From: Candidatus Rokuibacteriota bacterium
GTDB taxonomy: Bacteria > JAUVQV01 > DATDCY01
Assembly: GCA_031406795.1 (NCBI GenBank)
Contig: JANOHV010000157.1
Coordinates: 1 to 46,054 of the forward strand
Reading direction: 5' to 3'
Length of the DNA: 46,054 bases
In this document: piece by piece, positions 37,448 through 46,054 of the stretch
Layout: the number at the start of each line of letters is the position of its first letter
Numbering within the stretch: the first letter of the stretch is position 1
Program-made: the position numbers and the translations under genes
Notes under the pieces: generated by a model
Seen by the model: only the letters and a program-made list of their open reading frames with translations
Told to the model about the DNA's origin: nothing
Database searches by the model: none

Positions 37448-39169
37448 TCACTGAAGGGTTACGTTCTCGAGGGCCTGCGCGGCACGCGTGCTGGCGGGCC
37501 AGGCCGCGAGGAACTCCTCGAGCACGAGCCGCGCCGCCGCCGGCTCGCCCCGCGCCGCCAGCAGGCGCGCCTGCAGCAGTTCGGCGTCCTCGAAATCGCG
37601 GCGCCAGGCCCGGAACACCGCCAGTTCGCGCAGTGCCTCCTCCGGCCGCCCGACCGCGGCGTAGTGCCGCGCCGCCACCAGAGAGGTCTCCGGGAGCGCG
37701 AACGGACTGCGACGCGCTTCGTCGAGGTAGACTCCCGCTCTGGCCAGTTCCCCCGCCTGCAGGTACAGGTCGGCCCCGCGGGCGTAGGCGAGCCCGAGGA
37801 CTTCCGCCCGGCGCCGCGCGTCCAGCCGCGGCGGCAGCGAGACGGCGAGCACGAGCGCCACGGCCGCAGACAGCGCGCCGGCGCCCCTGAGGTCGTGCCC
37901 GCGCAGCCGGCGGCCGATCTCCCGGATCGCGAACAGCGCGCCGGCGATGAGCGGAAGAATCATCGGCAGCCGGAAGCGATCGAGCGTCCAGAAGGGAAGG
38001 AAGGAGATCCAGGTCCCGACGAAGACGGCCGGGAAGATCAGCGCGCCGCGATCCCTGCGGGCGCACCACCACCCGACGACGCCGAAGGCGAGCACGAGCC
38101 CGAAGCCGAGCGGGTTGAAGCCGATCAGCGGGTTGACCCGTGAAAAATACTCGTGCGGATAGTTGCCGGAAATCTCGTCGTTGCCGAGCGACACCCAGAA
38201 GCGCCGCGCCAGCAGGCCGAGGCTGCGGCCCGGGTGATCGAGCACGTAGCGCAGCGCCTCGCGCGACCAGAAGCGCGAGGCCTCGGACGGGGTGACGGGG
38301 CGGCCTTTGAGGCGCGCGGCCTCGGCGATCGAGTCTTCCGTCAACCGCGCCGGGCCGCCGCGGGCGAACGCCGGCTGCACGAAGGAGTCGCCGCGCGAGC
38401 GGTCGTTGAAGGCCATGAAGAGATTCGAGCCGCCGGACGCCGCGATCAGCACGCAATCCCCGCCGACCAGGCAGTTGCGTGCCGTCACGGGAAGCACCGC
38501 CAACGCAATGCCCGCCAGAAGCACGAGGGTCCGGCGCAGGGCGAGAGCGGCCCCGCCGCGGGCCGCGACCAGCAGGAGGAACAGAAAGGGCGCCAGCGCG
38601 AGGAGGTTCTCCCGCACGAGCAGCACCAGCCCGAACAGCAGCCCCGAGAGGAACAGCGGCGGCGTCCGGCCCGAAAGCAGGTGCCGTTGCAGCAGCAGCA
38701 GCGCCGCGAGGAGCAGCACCGAGGCGAACGACTCCTTGATGGGGAGGGTATCGGCGAGCAGCGTGACCGGGTAGACGGCGTAGGCCAGGGCTCCGGCCAG
38801 CGACCAGCCCGGCGGCAGGTGATCCAGCAGGATGAAGTAGGCGAGCAGGGCGCCAAACGAACCGGCAACCGCCTGAACTGCGAGAATGTGATGAAAATCG
38901 ATGCCGCTCAGCGCATAGATCCCCACCTGCGCGTAGGCGTACAGCGGTTCGTAGAGGAAGGGGCCCGGCGCGGGGGTCGCCGCGAGGATCTCCAATGCCC
39001 ACTCGTAATACCGTCGGGCGTCGAGAACCGGGTAGAGCGCGTAGGGAGTCCCCAGAAACAGCGCGAGCGAGACGCCCCGCAGCGCGAGAGCTGCGAAGAA
39101 GACGACCGCGGGATACCCGACGCGGGCCGGGAGATCCCGAGGCTGACCCGCCGTGACCGGCCCGGGCAT
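37448..39169 (-). CDS. GT-C fold (PMT_2/ArnT-like) membrane glycosyltransferase with C-terminal TPR-like region
   Basis: LDARRYYEWA..PFLYEPLYAY loop, many TM helices, LVRENL, GGSNLFM, RFRLPM. Confidence 0.75.
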   Translation of the reverse strand: MPGPVTAGQPRDLPARVGYPAVVFFAALALRGVSLALFLGTPYALYPVLDARRYYEWALEILAATPAPGPFLYEPLYAYAQVGIYALSGIDFHHILAVQAVAGSFGALLAYFILLDHLPPGWSLAGALAYAVYPVTLLADTLPIKESFASVLLLAALLLLQRHLLSGRTPPLFLSGLLFGLVLLVRENLLALAPFLFLLLVAARGGAALALRRTLVLLAGIALAVLPVTARNCLVGGDCVLIAASGGSNLFMAFNDRSRGDSFVQPAFARGGPARLTEDSIAEAARLKGRPVTPSEASRFWSREALRYVLDHPGRSLGLLARRFWVSLGNDEISGNYPHEYFSRVNPLIGFNPLGFGLVLAFGVVGWWCARRDRGALIFPAVFVGTWISFLPFWTLDRFRLPMILPLIAGALFAIREIGRRLRGHDLRGAGALSAAVALVLAVSLPPRLDARRRAEVLGLAYARGADLYLQAGELARAGVYLDEARRSPFALPETSLVAARHYAAVGRPEEALRELAVFRAWRRDFEDAELLQARLLAARGEPAAARLVLEEFLAAWPASTRAAQALENVTLQ

Positions 39170-39183
39170 CTGCCCCGCCCCGC

Positions 39184-40620
39184 CTACTCGGCCGACGGCG
39201 GCATCAGCACCGCGTAACCCAGGCCGGCGGCATTGACGTCTCTTCGCACGACGGCATATTTCCTGCCCTCGATCAGCTGGCGGGCGACCTCGTCCTGCAC
39301 CCCGCCAGTATGCCACAGGACGGCACGGTAGCCGGGGAAGGCGCGGAGGAAGCCATCGAGCTCGCTCGGGTCCAGGGGGAGGCCGACAAAACGCTTGTCG
39401 GGAAAGCGCCAGGCCAGGGATTCGGGGTGATAGAAGCCGCTGTTGACCAGATACGCGCCCTCCGTGAGCAATTCGGGGCGAGGCGTCACGGCTTCGATCG
39501 GATACATCGCCTGAGGGAGTAACTCTCCGGTCCCGCAGGCGATCACCAGCGCCACGAGTCCGCCGGCGACGAGCCCCGGCACGCGGCTGCCCCCCCCGCC
39601 GCGGGAGCGGATCCGGTCCGCGGCGAGCGCCACCGCGGCGATCAGGACCGGGAAGACGCCGAGCCAGACGCGAAAGAAGTTCGCGGAGAAGCTCCTGTCG
39701 AGGAACAAGAAGGCGCCGGCGGCCGTGAACCCCGCCAGAGCCAACTCCCGTCGGCGGTTCGCGAGCAGGCAACCGGCCGCAAGCAGCAGGAAGAGCAGCG
39801 GCCCCCAGGCGATCCCGTCGGGACCGCGAAACCACAGCGGCACGGGCACCAGCTTCGCGTGCAGGCGGCTCAAGCCCTCACGCACGGCCGGGTGCAGCTG
39901 GATGACCAGGGTCGAAAGCGCGTTGAAATCGGCGCTGCGGGCGGCCAGCCCATCCCAGGTGAAGACCCAGGGGTGGGCGCCGATCACCTGATGATTGCGC
40001 CACCAGGCGGCCCCCAGAGGCACGGCGGCGCCGGCCGCCCAGGCCAGCGACCGGCGTCTGGTCGCGAGGAACGGGAGGAAGAGCAAGAGGTTGACGGCGA
40101 AGTTGACCCGCACCGCCGCGGCGAGGCCGAAGAGCGCCCCCGCTCCCGCCGCCGCGAGCAGGCCGGGCCGGGTGCAGACCCAGACCAGCGCCGCGAACAC
40201 CAGGGCGAGCGCCAGACTCTCCGGCCCCAGGTGGCAGGTGAACGACACCAGGGGGCCGAAGAGCGCCGTCATCAGCGCGGCCGCGTCCGCGGCCCGGGGC
40301 GCGTCGGGGTGCGTCGCGCGCAGCCACCGCCAGACCAGCGGCACCAGGAGCAACGACAGCACCCCGGCCAGCCACTGGCCGCCGATGCGAGCCGGGAGGG
40401 CGGCGCTGAGGTAGTACCACGCGGGATGGTGCCAGATGTACGGCTGCCTGTCGAAGAGGGTGAAACCCTGTCCGGCGCGGATGTTCTCGACCAGCTTGAG
40501 ATGCCGCCACGGGTCGAAGCGGGGGAGTTCCGTCAGGGCGAGGTAGGCGATGCGTGCGACTGCGCCGAGCAGCAGCGCGACGACCAACGGCCACCGGGAA
40601 GACCCAGGCGTCGTTGTCAT
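39184..40620 (-). CDS. Polytopic membrane protein, probable GT-C glycosyltransferase
   Basis: FDPWRH..HHPAWYYL loop, PESLAL, about 10 TM helices. Tandem with the downstream GT-C gene. Confidence 0.65.
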   Translation of the reverse strand: MTTTPGSSRWPLVVALLLGAVARIAYLALTELPRFDPWRHLKLVENIRAGQGFTLFDRQPYIWHHPAWYYLSAALPARIGGQWLAGVLSLLLVPLVWRWLRATHPDAPRAADAAALMTALFGPLVSFTCHLGPESLALALVFAALVWVCTRPGLLAAAGAGALFGLAAAVRVNFAVNLLLFLPFLATRRRSLAWAAGAAVPLGAAWWRNHQVIGAHPWVFTWDGLAARSADFNALSTLVIQLHPAVREGLSRLHAKLVPVPLWFRGPDGIAWGPLLFLLLAAGCLLANRRRELALAGFTAAGAFLFLDRSFSANFFRVWLGVFPVLIAAVALAADRIRSRGGGGSRVPGLVAGGLVALVIACGTGELLPQAMYPIEAVTPRPELLTEGAYLVNSGFYHPESLAWRFPDKRFVGLPLDPSELDGFLRAFPGYRAVLWHTGGVQDEVARQLIEGRKYAVVRRDVNAAGLGYAVLMPPSAE

Positions 40621-40640
40621 GGTTCCCCTTGTTCCCGTGA

Positions 40641-40872
40641 GGGCTGCGGGGTCCTGCCTGCCACCCCGCCGCTGGGGTGGTCGCTGCGGACCGTCCATCT
40701 AACTCGACCATTCGCGCTCTCGGGGATTGGCACCGCCTTGTTTTGGGGGCTCACGGTCTCGTTCGGCCCGCGATCGGATCGCGCGCCGGAAAGGCGAAGC
40801 TGGTACTTCCTCATTGGCCTCGCTGCGCTCCCCCGCCGGAGACCTCCCCTCCGCGCCACCCCTTCGCCCGGC
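40641..40872. repeat. Full-length (~230 bp) intergenic copy of the dispersed structured repeat
   Basis: Collinear with the reverse complement of 45832-46054. Hairpins CCACCCC/GGGGTGG and CGCGATC/GATCGCG. Confidence 0.9.
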
Positions 40873-40905
40873 ATGTGTCGCAAAGCAGCTGGGGATCCGT
40901 GTCGA

Positions 40906-41643
40906 TTACGCCGGGGGTTGGTTGGTGAAGCAGGTGATCTGGCCGTCGCCGTGAATCACGCGAAAGGCGGGCGGCAGGAAGTCCTTCAGGCAGTCCGCTA
41001 TGCTGACGATTTTCACCGGGTGGCGGACTTTCGCCACTTCCCGGGCGAACATCTCGTAGAAAACCCGCCCCTCGCCTTCCGGGCGAACCGGGCGATAGAG
41101 GTAGATCACGTCGAATCGATCCGGCCGGACATCCATGATGTTCGCGTGGACCCACTCGACGCGATCGTCCGCAATACCCAGCAGCGCCTGCAGGCGCCGC
41201 CCCTGTTCGATCATCGGGCCGCCCAGCTCCACGAGGGTCGTCAGCCGGTGGGGGTAGAGGTGCTGGAAGAGCAGCCCCTGGAGGCCGTTGCCGGCGCCGT
41301 AGTCCACGAACCGCGTTCCGGGCGCGAAGTAGGGCGCGGCAACGTGCAGCGTTTCGAGCCCGCCCGCATGGCACCAGTAGCCGCCGAGCTTGTCGAACGC
41401 CGCCCGCTCCGCCTCCGCGTAGGCCCCGCCGGAGCCGTGGACGACGCAGTAGAGGCGGGCGAGCGCGGTCTCGATCCGGTCCTCGTCGCCCGTCTCGCGC
41501 GCCGCGAGCAACTCGCGATGAAACTTCACGTACGAGGGGACGATGTCATCGATCCCCGGCCGCGAAGCCAGTTCGTCGAACAACGCCCCGACGCGGGCGA
41601 GCATCCGGTCCCTGGGCGAGACCGTTGCGGCGGGGTGCACCAT
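40906..41643 (-). CDS. Class I SAM-dependent methyltransferase
   Basis: FVDYGAGNG, TLVEL, FDVIYLYRP. Alternative start at 41604. Confidence 0.75.
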   Translation of the reverse strand: MVHPAATVSPRDRMLARVGALFDELASRPGIDDIVPSYVKFHRELLAARETGDEDRIETALARLYCVVHGSGGAYAEAERAAFDKLGGYWCHAGGLETLHVAAPYFAPGTRFVDYGAGNGLQGLLFQHLYPHRLTTLVELGGPMIEQGRRLQALLGIADDRVEWVHANIMDVRPDRFDVIYLYRPVRPEGEGRVFYEMFAREVAKVRHPVKIVSIADCLKDFLPPAFRVIHGDGQITCFTNQPPA

Positions 41644-41651
41644 CCCCCGGG

Positions 41652-42227
41652 TCAGAACTTGACCTTCGGGGTCTCTTCCTGGGCCGCGGGGAGGTCGTAG
41701 TACACGGCCTGCTGCACGCTGGCGAGCCCGGCGAAGATGCTGCCCGGGAAGCCGCGCACGTAGGCGTTGAGCACCTTGACCGTCTCGTTGTAGCGCATCC
41801 GTTCGACGGCAATCCGGTTCTCGGTTCCCTCGAGGGAGTCCTGGAGCTTGAGGAAGTTCTCGTTGGCCTTGAGCTGCGGGTAATTCTCCTGCAGCATCAA
41901 CAGGCGCGAGAGCGCGCCTTCGAGGCCCTTCGAGGCGGCCACCTTGTCGCCGACGCTCTGGGCGGCGAAATACTTGGTGCGCGCTTCGGCGATGGCCGTG
42001 AAAATCTCCTTCTCGTGCGCCGCGAAACCCTTGACGGTCTCGACGAGGTTCGGGATCAGGTCGTAGCGGCGCTTGAGCTGGTTTTCGACCTGCGCCCACT
42101 GCGCCTTCACGCCTTCGTCCATCGCGATGACGGCGTTGTACTTGCCGAACCCCCACATGAGGAGCCAGCCGCCGAAGAACAGAACGACGCCGCCGATGAT
42201 CAGTGCCGTCTTCAAACCCTTGCTCAT
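41652..42227 (-). CDS. lemA: LemA family protein
   Basis: WAQVENQLKRRYDLIPNLVETVKG, ENYPQLKANENF, LEGTENRIAVERMRYN. Confidence 0.95.
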   Translation of the reverse strand: MSKGLKTALIIGGVVLFFGGWLLMWGFGKYNAVIAMDEGVKAQWAQVENQLKRRYDLIPNLVETVKGFAAHEKEIFTAIAEARTKYFAAQSVGDKVAASKGLEGALSRLLMLQENYPQLKANENFLKLQDSLEGTENRIAVERMRYNETVKVLNAYVRGFPGSIFAGLASVQQAVYYDLPAAQEETPKVKF

Positions 42228-42354
42228 GAGTCAGCCTCCTTGCGTGTGATCCGGATCAGGCTCCGGAAGTCCTCGAAGCGGGATTATACCGTGTCTCCCC
42301 AAAATATTCTGCCCAGCCGTGTTGGAGATTCTCCAAAGACGCCTGCAGTTACCG

Positions 42355-42437
42355 TGCGGGCTGCGGGGTCCTGCCTGCCACCCCGCCGCCGGGGTGGTCG
42401 CTACGGACCCTCCCCTCCGCGCCACCCCTTCGCCAGC
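42355..42437. repeat. Internally deleted (~83 bp) copy of the dispersed structured repeat
   Basis: Left ~50 nt and right ~28 nt of the long copy joined at GGACC. Confidence 0.85.
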
Positions 42438-42459
42438 AGGTGCTCAATCGCTGCGGCGG

Positions 42460-43281
42460 TCACCAGGAACCTGAGGAGCCGCCGCCGCCGAAGCCGCCGC
42501 CGCCCCCGCCGCCGAAACCACCGCCGCCCCCGCCCCAGGAGTCGCGGGAGCCGCCACGCGAGGCGAGCAGCATCATGATCAGCAGTTGCGGGTGGCGAAT
42601 CAGCAGATAAATGAAGATCGGGATGAGCAGCAGCGCCAGAACGGTGGCCAGCGGCCCCGGCTTGCCCGCCGAGCGCCCCGACCGCCGGGCCGCGACCGGG
42701 GGCGCCCCCGAGAGCGCGACGCCGGAGGCCGCCGCAACGCGGGTCGCCAGCTCCCCCGCCAGAGCCGCGAGCCCCCCGCCGTAGTCGCCGGCGCGAAATG
42801 CCGGGACGAGCAGCTCCCGGCCGAGACTGCCGACGAGGCTGTCCGGGAGCACGCCTTCGAGCCCGTAGCCGACCTCGATGCGGTACTTGCGCTCCTGCAT
42901 CGCCAGCGTGAGCAGGACGCCGTTGTCCTTCCCCTTCTGGCCGAGCTTCCAGCGATTGTGGGCCAGATCGATCGAAAAGGCCTCCAGCGACTCCCCGTCG
43001 AGCGTGGGCAACGTCAGCACGATCACCTGCGTCGTGGTCTGCTGCTCCAATTCGCGCAGCAGGGCGTTCGTCCGGGCCTCGACGGTGTCGTCGATAACTC
43101 CCGCCAGATCGACCACGTAGTTCGGCGGCGACGCCGGCACCGGAGGTCCGACCGCCGGGAGCGACGCCGCGAACGCAAGCAAGATAACCGCGAACAGACA
43201 AGCCGTCCGCAGGAACCACGGCGGAACGGGGTGAGGACGACGCCGCGAACGGGTCGCTTGCAGCGCTCCGTTACTCGCCAT
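42460..43281 (-). CDS. TPM domain protein (YgcG-like)
   Basis: YVVDLAGVI, WKLGQKGKDNGVLL, RIEVGYGLEGVLPD, Gly-rich tail GGFGGGGSSGSW. Start uncertain. Confidence 0.9.
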   Translation of the reverse strand: MASNGALQATRSRRRPHPVPPWFLRTACLFAVILLAFAASLPAVGPPVPASPPNYVVDLAGVIDDTVEARTNALLRELEQQTTTQVIVLTLPTLDGESLEAFSIDLAHNRWKLGQKGKDNGVLLTLAMQERKYRIEVGYGLEGVLPDSLVGSLGRELLVPAFRAGDYGGGLAALAGELATRVAAASGVALSGAPPVAARRSGRSAGKPGPLATVLALLLIPIFIYLLIRHPQLLIMMLLASRGGSRDSWGGGGGGFGGGGGGGFGGGGSSGSW

Positions 43282-44014
43282 GCTCGTCGAGGATCCGGCC
43301 GAGTCGCTGCGTAGCCTGGTGACAGCGCTCGAAGAGGTCGCGCACGCGCGCCGCGTCAGGTTTGACCCGGCCCTCCTTCAGCGCGATCATTTCGTTGAAG
43401 ACGTGGGCATCCGGTCCGACGGCCGACTCGAGGGCGGCGAACGCCTCGGCGCGCCGCACGGGCGGCTCCTTGCCGAGCAGCACAAGGATCCCGCGCGCCA
43501 GCGGCTGGTAGCCGGAGAGAAACCGCCCGAGTGCCTCCGCGAGCGCCTTGGGCTCACCGAGGGCCCGCAGGTACGACTGGCGCAGCCCGACGAGGCGGCT
43601 CTTGATCTCGCGTTCGCACTGGTGGCGCAGATCGCCGCGATCGATCCTGATCGGAGCGAGAAGATCCTCCCCGAAGACCGTCTCGTGGATCAGCCGCATT
43701 TCGAGGAACTCCATCGGGAAGACATCGAGCGAGGAATCGATGTACCCCTGGTCCATCACGAGCGGCGGGGCGATCCCCTTCCCCTTGAAACGCTGGCCGA
43801 GCGGCGCGATTGCCTCGAGCACCGCGAGGTCCATCTCGCGCAACACGAGCAGCGAGTTGATGTCGGAGCTGCCGGCATCCCAGTCCGGCGTCACCGCGCT
43901 GCCCACCAGGTGCAGGGAATGCAGGTGCGAGCCGGCGAGCGTCGCCAGTTCCTCGAGAAAAGGGGCGGCCTTGGCGCGCACCGCAGGTTGGACTCGTTCA
44001 AGGTGCAGCGTCAT
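43271..44014 (-). CDS. Nucleotidyltransferase-fold protein upstream of TPM and lemA
   Basis: LVGSAVT..SDINSLLV, SSLDVFPMEFLEM, CEREIK..LRQSY. SD AAGGAG. Confidence 0.75.
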   Translation of the reverse strand: MTLHLERVQPAVRAKAAPFLEELATLAGSHLHSLHLVGSAVTPDWDAGSSDINSLLVLREMDLAVLEAIAPLGQRFKGKGIAPPLVMDQGYIDSSLDVFPMEFLEMRLIHETVFGEDLLAPIRIDRGDLRHQCEREIKSRLVGLRQSYLRALGEPKALAEALGRFLSGYQPLARGILVLLGKEPPVRRAEAFAALESAVGPDAHVFNEMIALKEGRVKPDAARVRDLFERCHQATQRLGRILDEHGE

Positions 44015-44112
44015 GTGTCGCTCCTTGGTTTCTCTCAACCGCCCGCCGGCTCCCGGGGGGCGCGCATCCGCTTTTTCGCCACCGATTGAACTATACTCGA
44101 AGCGTGCGGTGG

Positions 44113-46054
44113 ATGCGAATGGTGCCAGTCGTCATTTTCGCGCTGCTGGCTGCCGTGGCTGCCCAGGCCAGGCTGGATCCGGTTCACCACTGGCGCACCA
44201 CCCGGACGCCGCACTTTGCCATCCACTACCATGAAGGCTGCGACGAACTGGCGGCGCGGGCCGCCCGGATCGCCGAGGAAGTCCACGGTCGGCTGGCCCC
44301 GCGCATCGGCTGGACCCCGCGCGCGAGAACCCGAGTGATCATCGCCGACGACGACGATGCCGCCGGCGGCTGGGCGACCCCGTACTCTTTCAACCAGATC
44401 CTGATCACGCCGACCCCGCCGCTCGGGGAGTACGGATTCGGCACGACCCGTCACGACGACTGGCTGCGTCTGGTCATCACGCACGAGTACACCCACATTC
44501 TCCAGCTCGACATGGCGTCGCGGCTCCCGCTGGCGCTGCGTTCGGTCTTCGGGCGGCTCTACTTCCCGAATGCTCTCCAGCCGGCCTGGCTCATCGAGGG
44601 GCTGGCAACCTACGAGGAGACCGAGTTGACCGCCGGCGGGCGCGGACGTTCGCCGGGGTCGGCGATGATCTTGCGCATGGCCGCCCTCGAGGGACCGTTC
44701 CCGACGCTCGACCAGATGGCGGTCCTGCCGGACGCGTGGCCGGACGGGCACGTCCCCTACCTCTTCGGAGAGTCGTTCCTGCGCTATCTCGGCGAGCGCT
44801 TCGGCCGCGAGAAGCTCGCGGAGATCAGTCGGGCCTACGGGGGTCGCCCGCTGCCCTTCCTGGTCGAGTCAACCGGCCTGGCGACCCTCGGCGAAGCGTA
44901 TGCCGACCTCTGGCGCCAATGGCGCGAGGAACTGCGGTCGCGCGCTCAGGAGCAGCAGCGCGCGCTCACCGCGCGCGGCCTGACTCCGTCGGCGCCGCTG
45001 ACAAACGCCGGACGCTTCAACGGGTCGCCGGCGTGGTCGCCGGACGGCCGGCGGATCGCCTGGCTGCGCGCCGACGGCAGCGGCTTCCCGGGCGTCTGGG
45101 TCATGGACGCCGATGGGTCCAACGGCCGGCGCCTCGTCCGGAACTCCTTCTCGACAACCACCGCGGCCACGATGCTCTCCTGGAGCGCTGAGGGCGGCCG
45201 CCTCTATTACACCAAACAGGGCATCGTCCGCGGCGCCGCGGTGGTCAACGACATCTGGGCCTGGGATTTCGGCCGGCAGCGCGAGATCCGTATCACCCGC
45301 GGGCTGCGCGCCCGCGACGCCCACCCCTCGCCGGACGGGCGGACGCTGGTTCTGGTGACCGCCGCGCGGGGCCTGACGCGCCTGGCGCTGCTGGATCTCG
45401 ATGGGCAGCTGCCCGCGCAGACCGCGGTCCGGCTGCGTCCGCTGACCGGACTTTCGACCGACCAGTACGCCGAACCGCGCTGGAGCCCCGACGGCCGGCG
45501 CATAGCGGCGAGCGTCTGGGTGCCGGGCGGTGAAAAGGAGCTCCGCGTTCTCGACCGCGCGGGCCGACTCCTCGCGAGTGTCGGCCACGAATCCGCCCTC
45601 GACGGCGCCCCCGCCTGGAGCGCCGATGGACGCAGCCTGATCTTTTCCTCGGACGCCACCGGCATCTACAACATTTTCCGCTGGGACGAGGAGACGGGCC
45701 GGATCACGCAGCTGACCAACGTCCTCGGCGGCGCCTTCTCCCCGGCGCCATCCCCGGACGGACGCCGCCTGGCCTTCGCCGATTACTCCGCCAAAGGCTA
45801 CGACATCCGGGTGATGAACCTGGAGGAATCCGCTGGGCGGAGGGGTGGCGCGGAGGGGAGGTCTCCAGCGGGGGAGCGCAGCGAGGCCATTGAGGAGGTG
45901 CCAGCGGAGCTTCTCCGGCACGCGATCCGATCGCATGCCGAACGAGACCATGAGCCCCCCGAGCAAGGAACTTCATTGGGCGAGGAAGCGAATGGTCGAG
46001 TCGATGGAGGTCCGCAGCGACCACCCCAGCGGCGGGGTGGCAGGCAGGACCCCG
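44113..46054 (+). CDS. Secreted gluzincin-like (HEXXH) domain plus TolB/PD40 beta-propeller protein; runs off the window (in-frame GTG at 44104 is an alternative start)
   Basis: Frame open to the window end, so it is missing from the track. Signal peptide, THEYTH, WLIEGLATYEE, repeated PAWSPDG/PRWSPDG. Confidence 0.85.
   Translation, partial: MRMVPVVIFALLAAVAAQARLDPVHHWRTTRTPHFAIHYHEGCDELAARAARIAEEVHGRLAPRIGWTPRARTRVIIADDDDAAGGWATPYSFNQILITPTPPLGEYGFGTTRHDDWLRLVITHEYTHILQLDMASRLPLALRSVFGRLYFPNALQPAWLIEGLATYEETELTAGGRGRSPGSAMILRMAALEGPFPTLDQMAVLPDAWPDGHVPYLFGESFLRYLGERFGREKLAEISRAYGGRPLPFLVESTGLATLGEAYADLWRQWREELRSRAQEQQRALTARGLTPSAPLTNAGRFNGSPAWSPDGRRIAWLRADGSGFPGVWVMDADGSNGRRLVRNSFSTTTAATMLSWSAEGGRLYYTKQGIVRGAAVVNDIWAWDFGRQREIRITRGLRARDAHPSPDGRTLVLVTAARGLTRLALLDLDGQLPAQTAVRLRPLTGLSTDQYAEPRWSPDGRRIAASVWVPGGEKELRVLDRAGRLLASVGHESALDGAPAWSADGRSLIFSSDATGIYNIFRWDEETGRITQLTNVLGGAFSPAPSPDGRRLAFADYSAKGYDIRVMNLEESAGRRGGAEGRSPAGERSEAIEEVPAELLRHAIRSHAERDHEPPEQGTSLGEEANGRVDGGPQRPPQRRGGRQDP
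45832..46054. repeat. Full-length copy of the dispersed structured repeat lying in-frame inside the CDS starting at 44113
   Basis: Reverse complement of 40646-40872, with no stop codon in the gene's frame. Confidence 0.9.

Overview
High-GC bacterial chromosomal window, probably from an anaerobe of the deltaproteobacterial/Nitrospirota type (inferred from a tetraheme cytochrome c3, class III PHA synthase and PilT/ExeAB). Left part: vWA protein, PrmA-NUDIX fusion, pilT, exeA-exeB with a coupled radical SAM/SPASM gene, a HerA/FtsK-like ATPase, a 35-aa RCKP rubredoxin-like ORF, a hybrid histidine kinase, a DUF4139 protein, a decayed GHKL-ATPase-like pseudogene, VKOR-thioredoxin and a MazG-like gene. 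Middle: a ~9 kb polyhydroxyalkanoate block (2 GNATs, 2 thiolases, SDR, phaC, phaE, 2 phasin-like paralogs, a putative RHH regulator). Right part: M24 peptidase, FAA hydrolase, a candidate RiPP locus, glnS, cytochrome c3, tRNA-Gln(CTG), gltX, TPR and GT-C membrane proteins, a methyltransferase, lemA/TPM/NTase-like genes and a gluzincin + beta-propeller protein that runs off the window. Two signals stand out. (1) An unannotated 20-aa Cys-rich peptide gene (MKITKMTKQASTLCKCKSSC, 32219-32281) with its own promoter, SD and terminator lies directly after a radical SAM/SPASM enzyme with a probable RRE, suggesting a minimal RiPP system. (2) A ~230 bp structured dispersed repeat occurs in four copies, one of them read in-frame inside a protein-coding gene. 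All family assignments come from motif recognition; no database searches were run.
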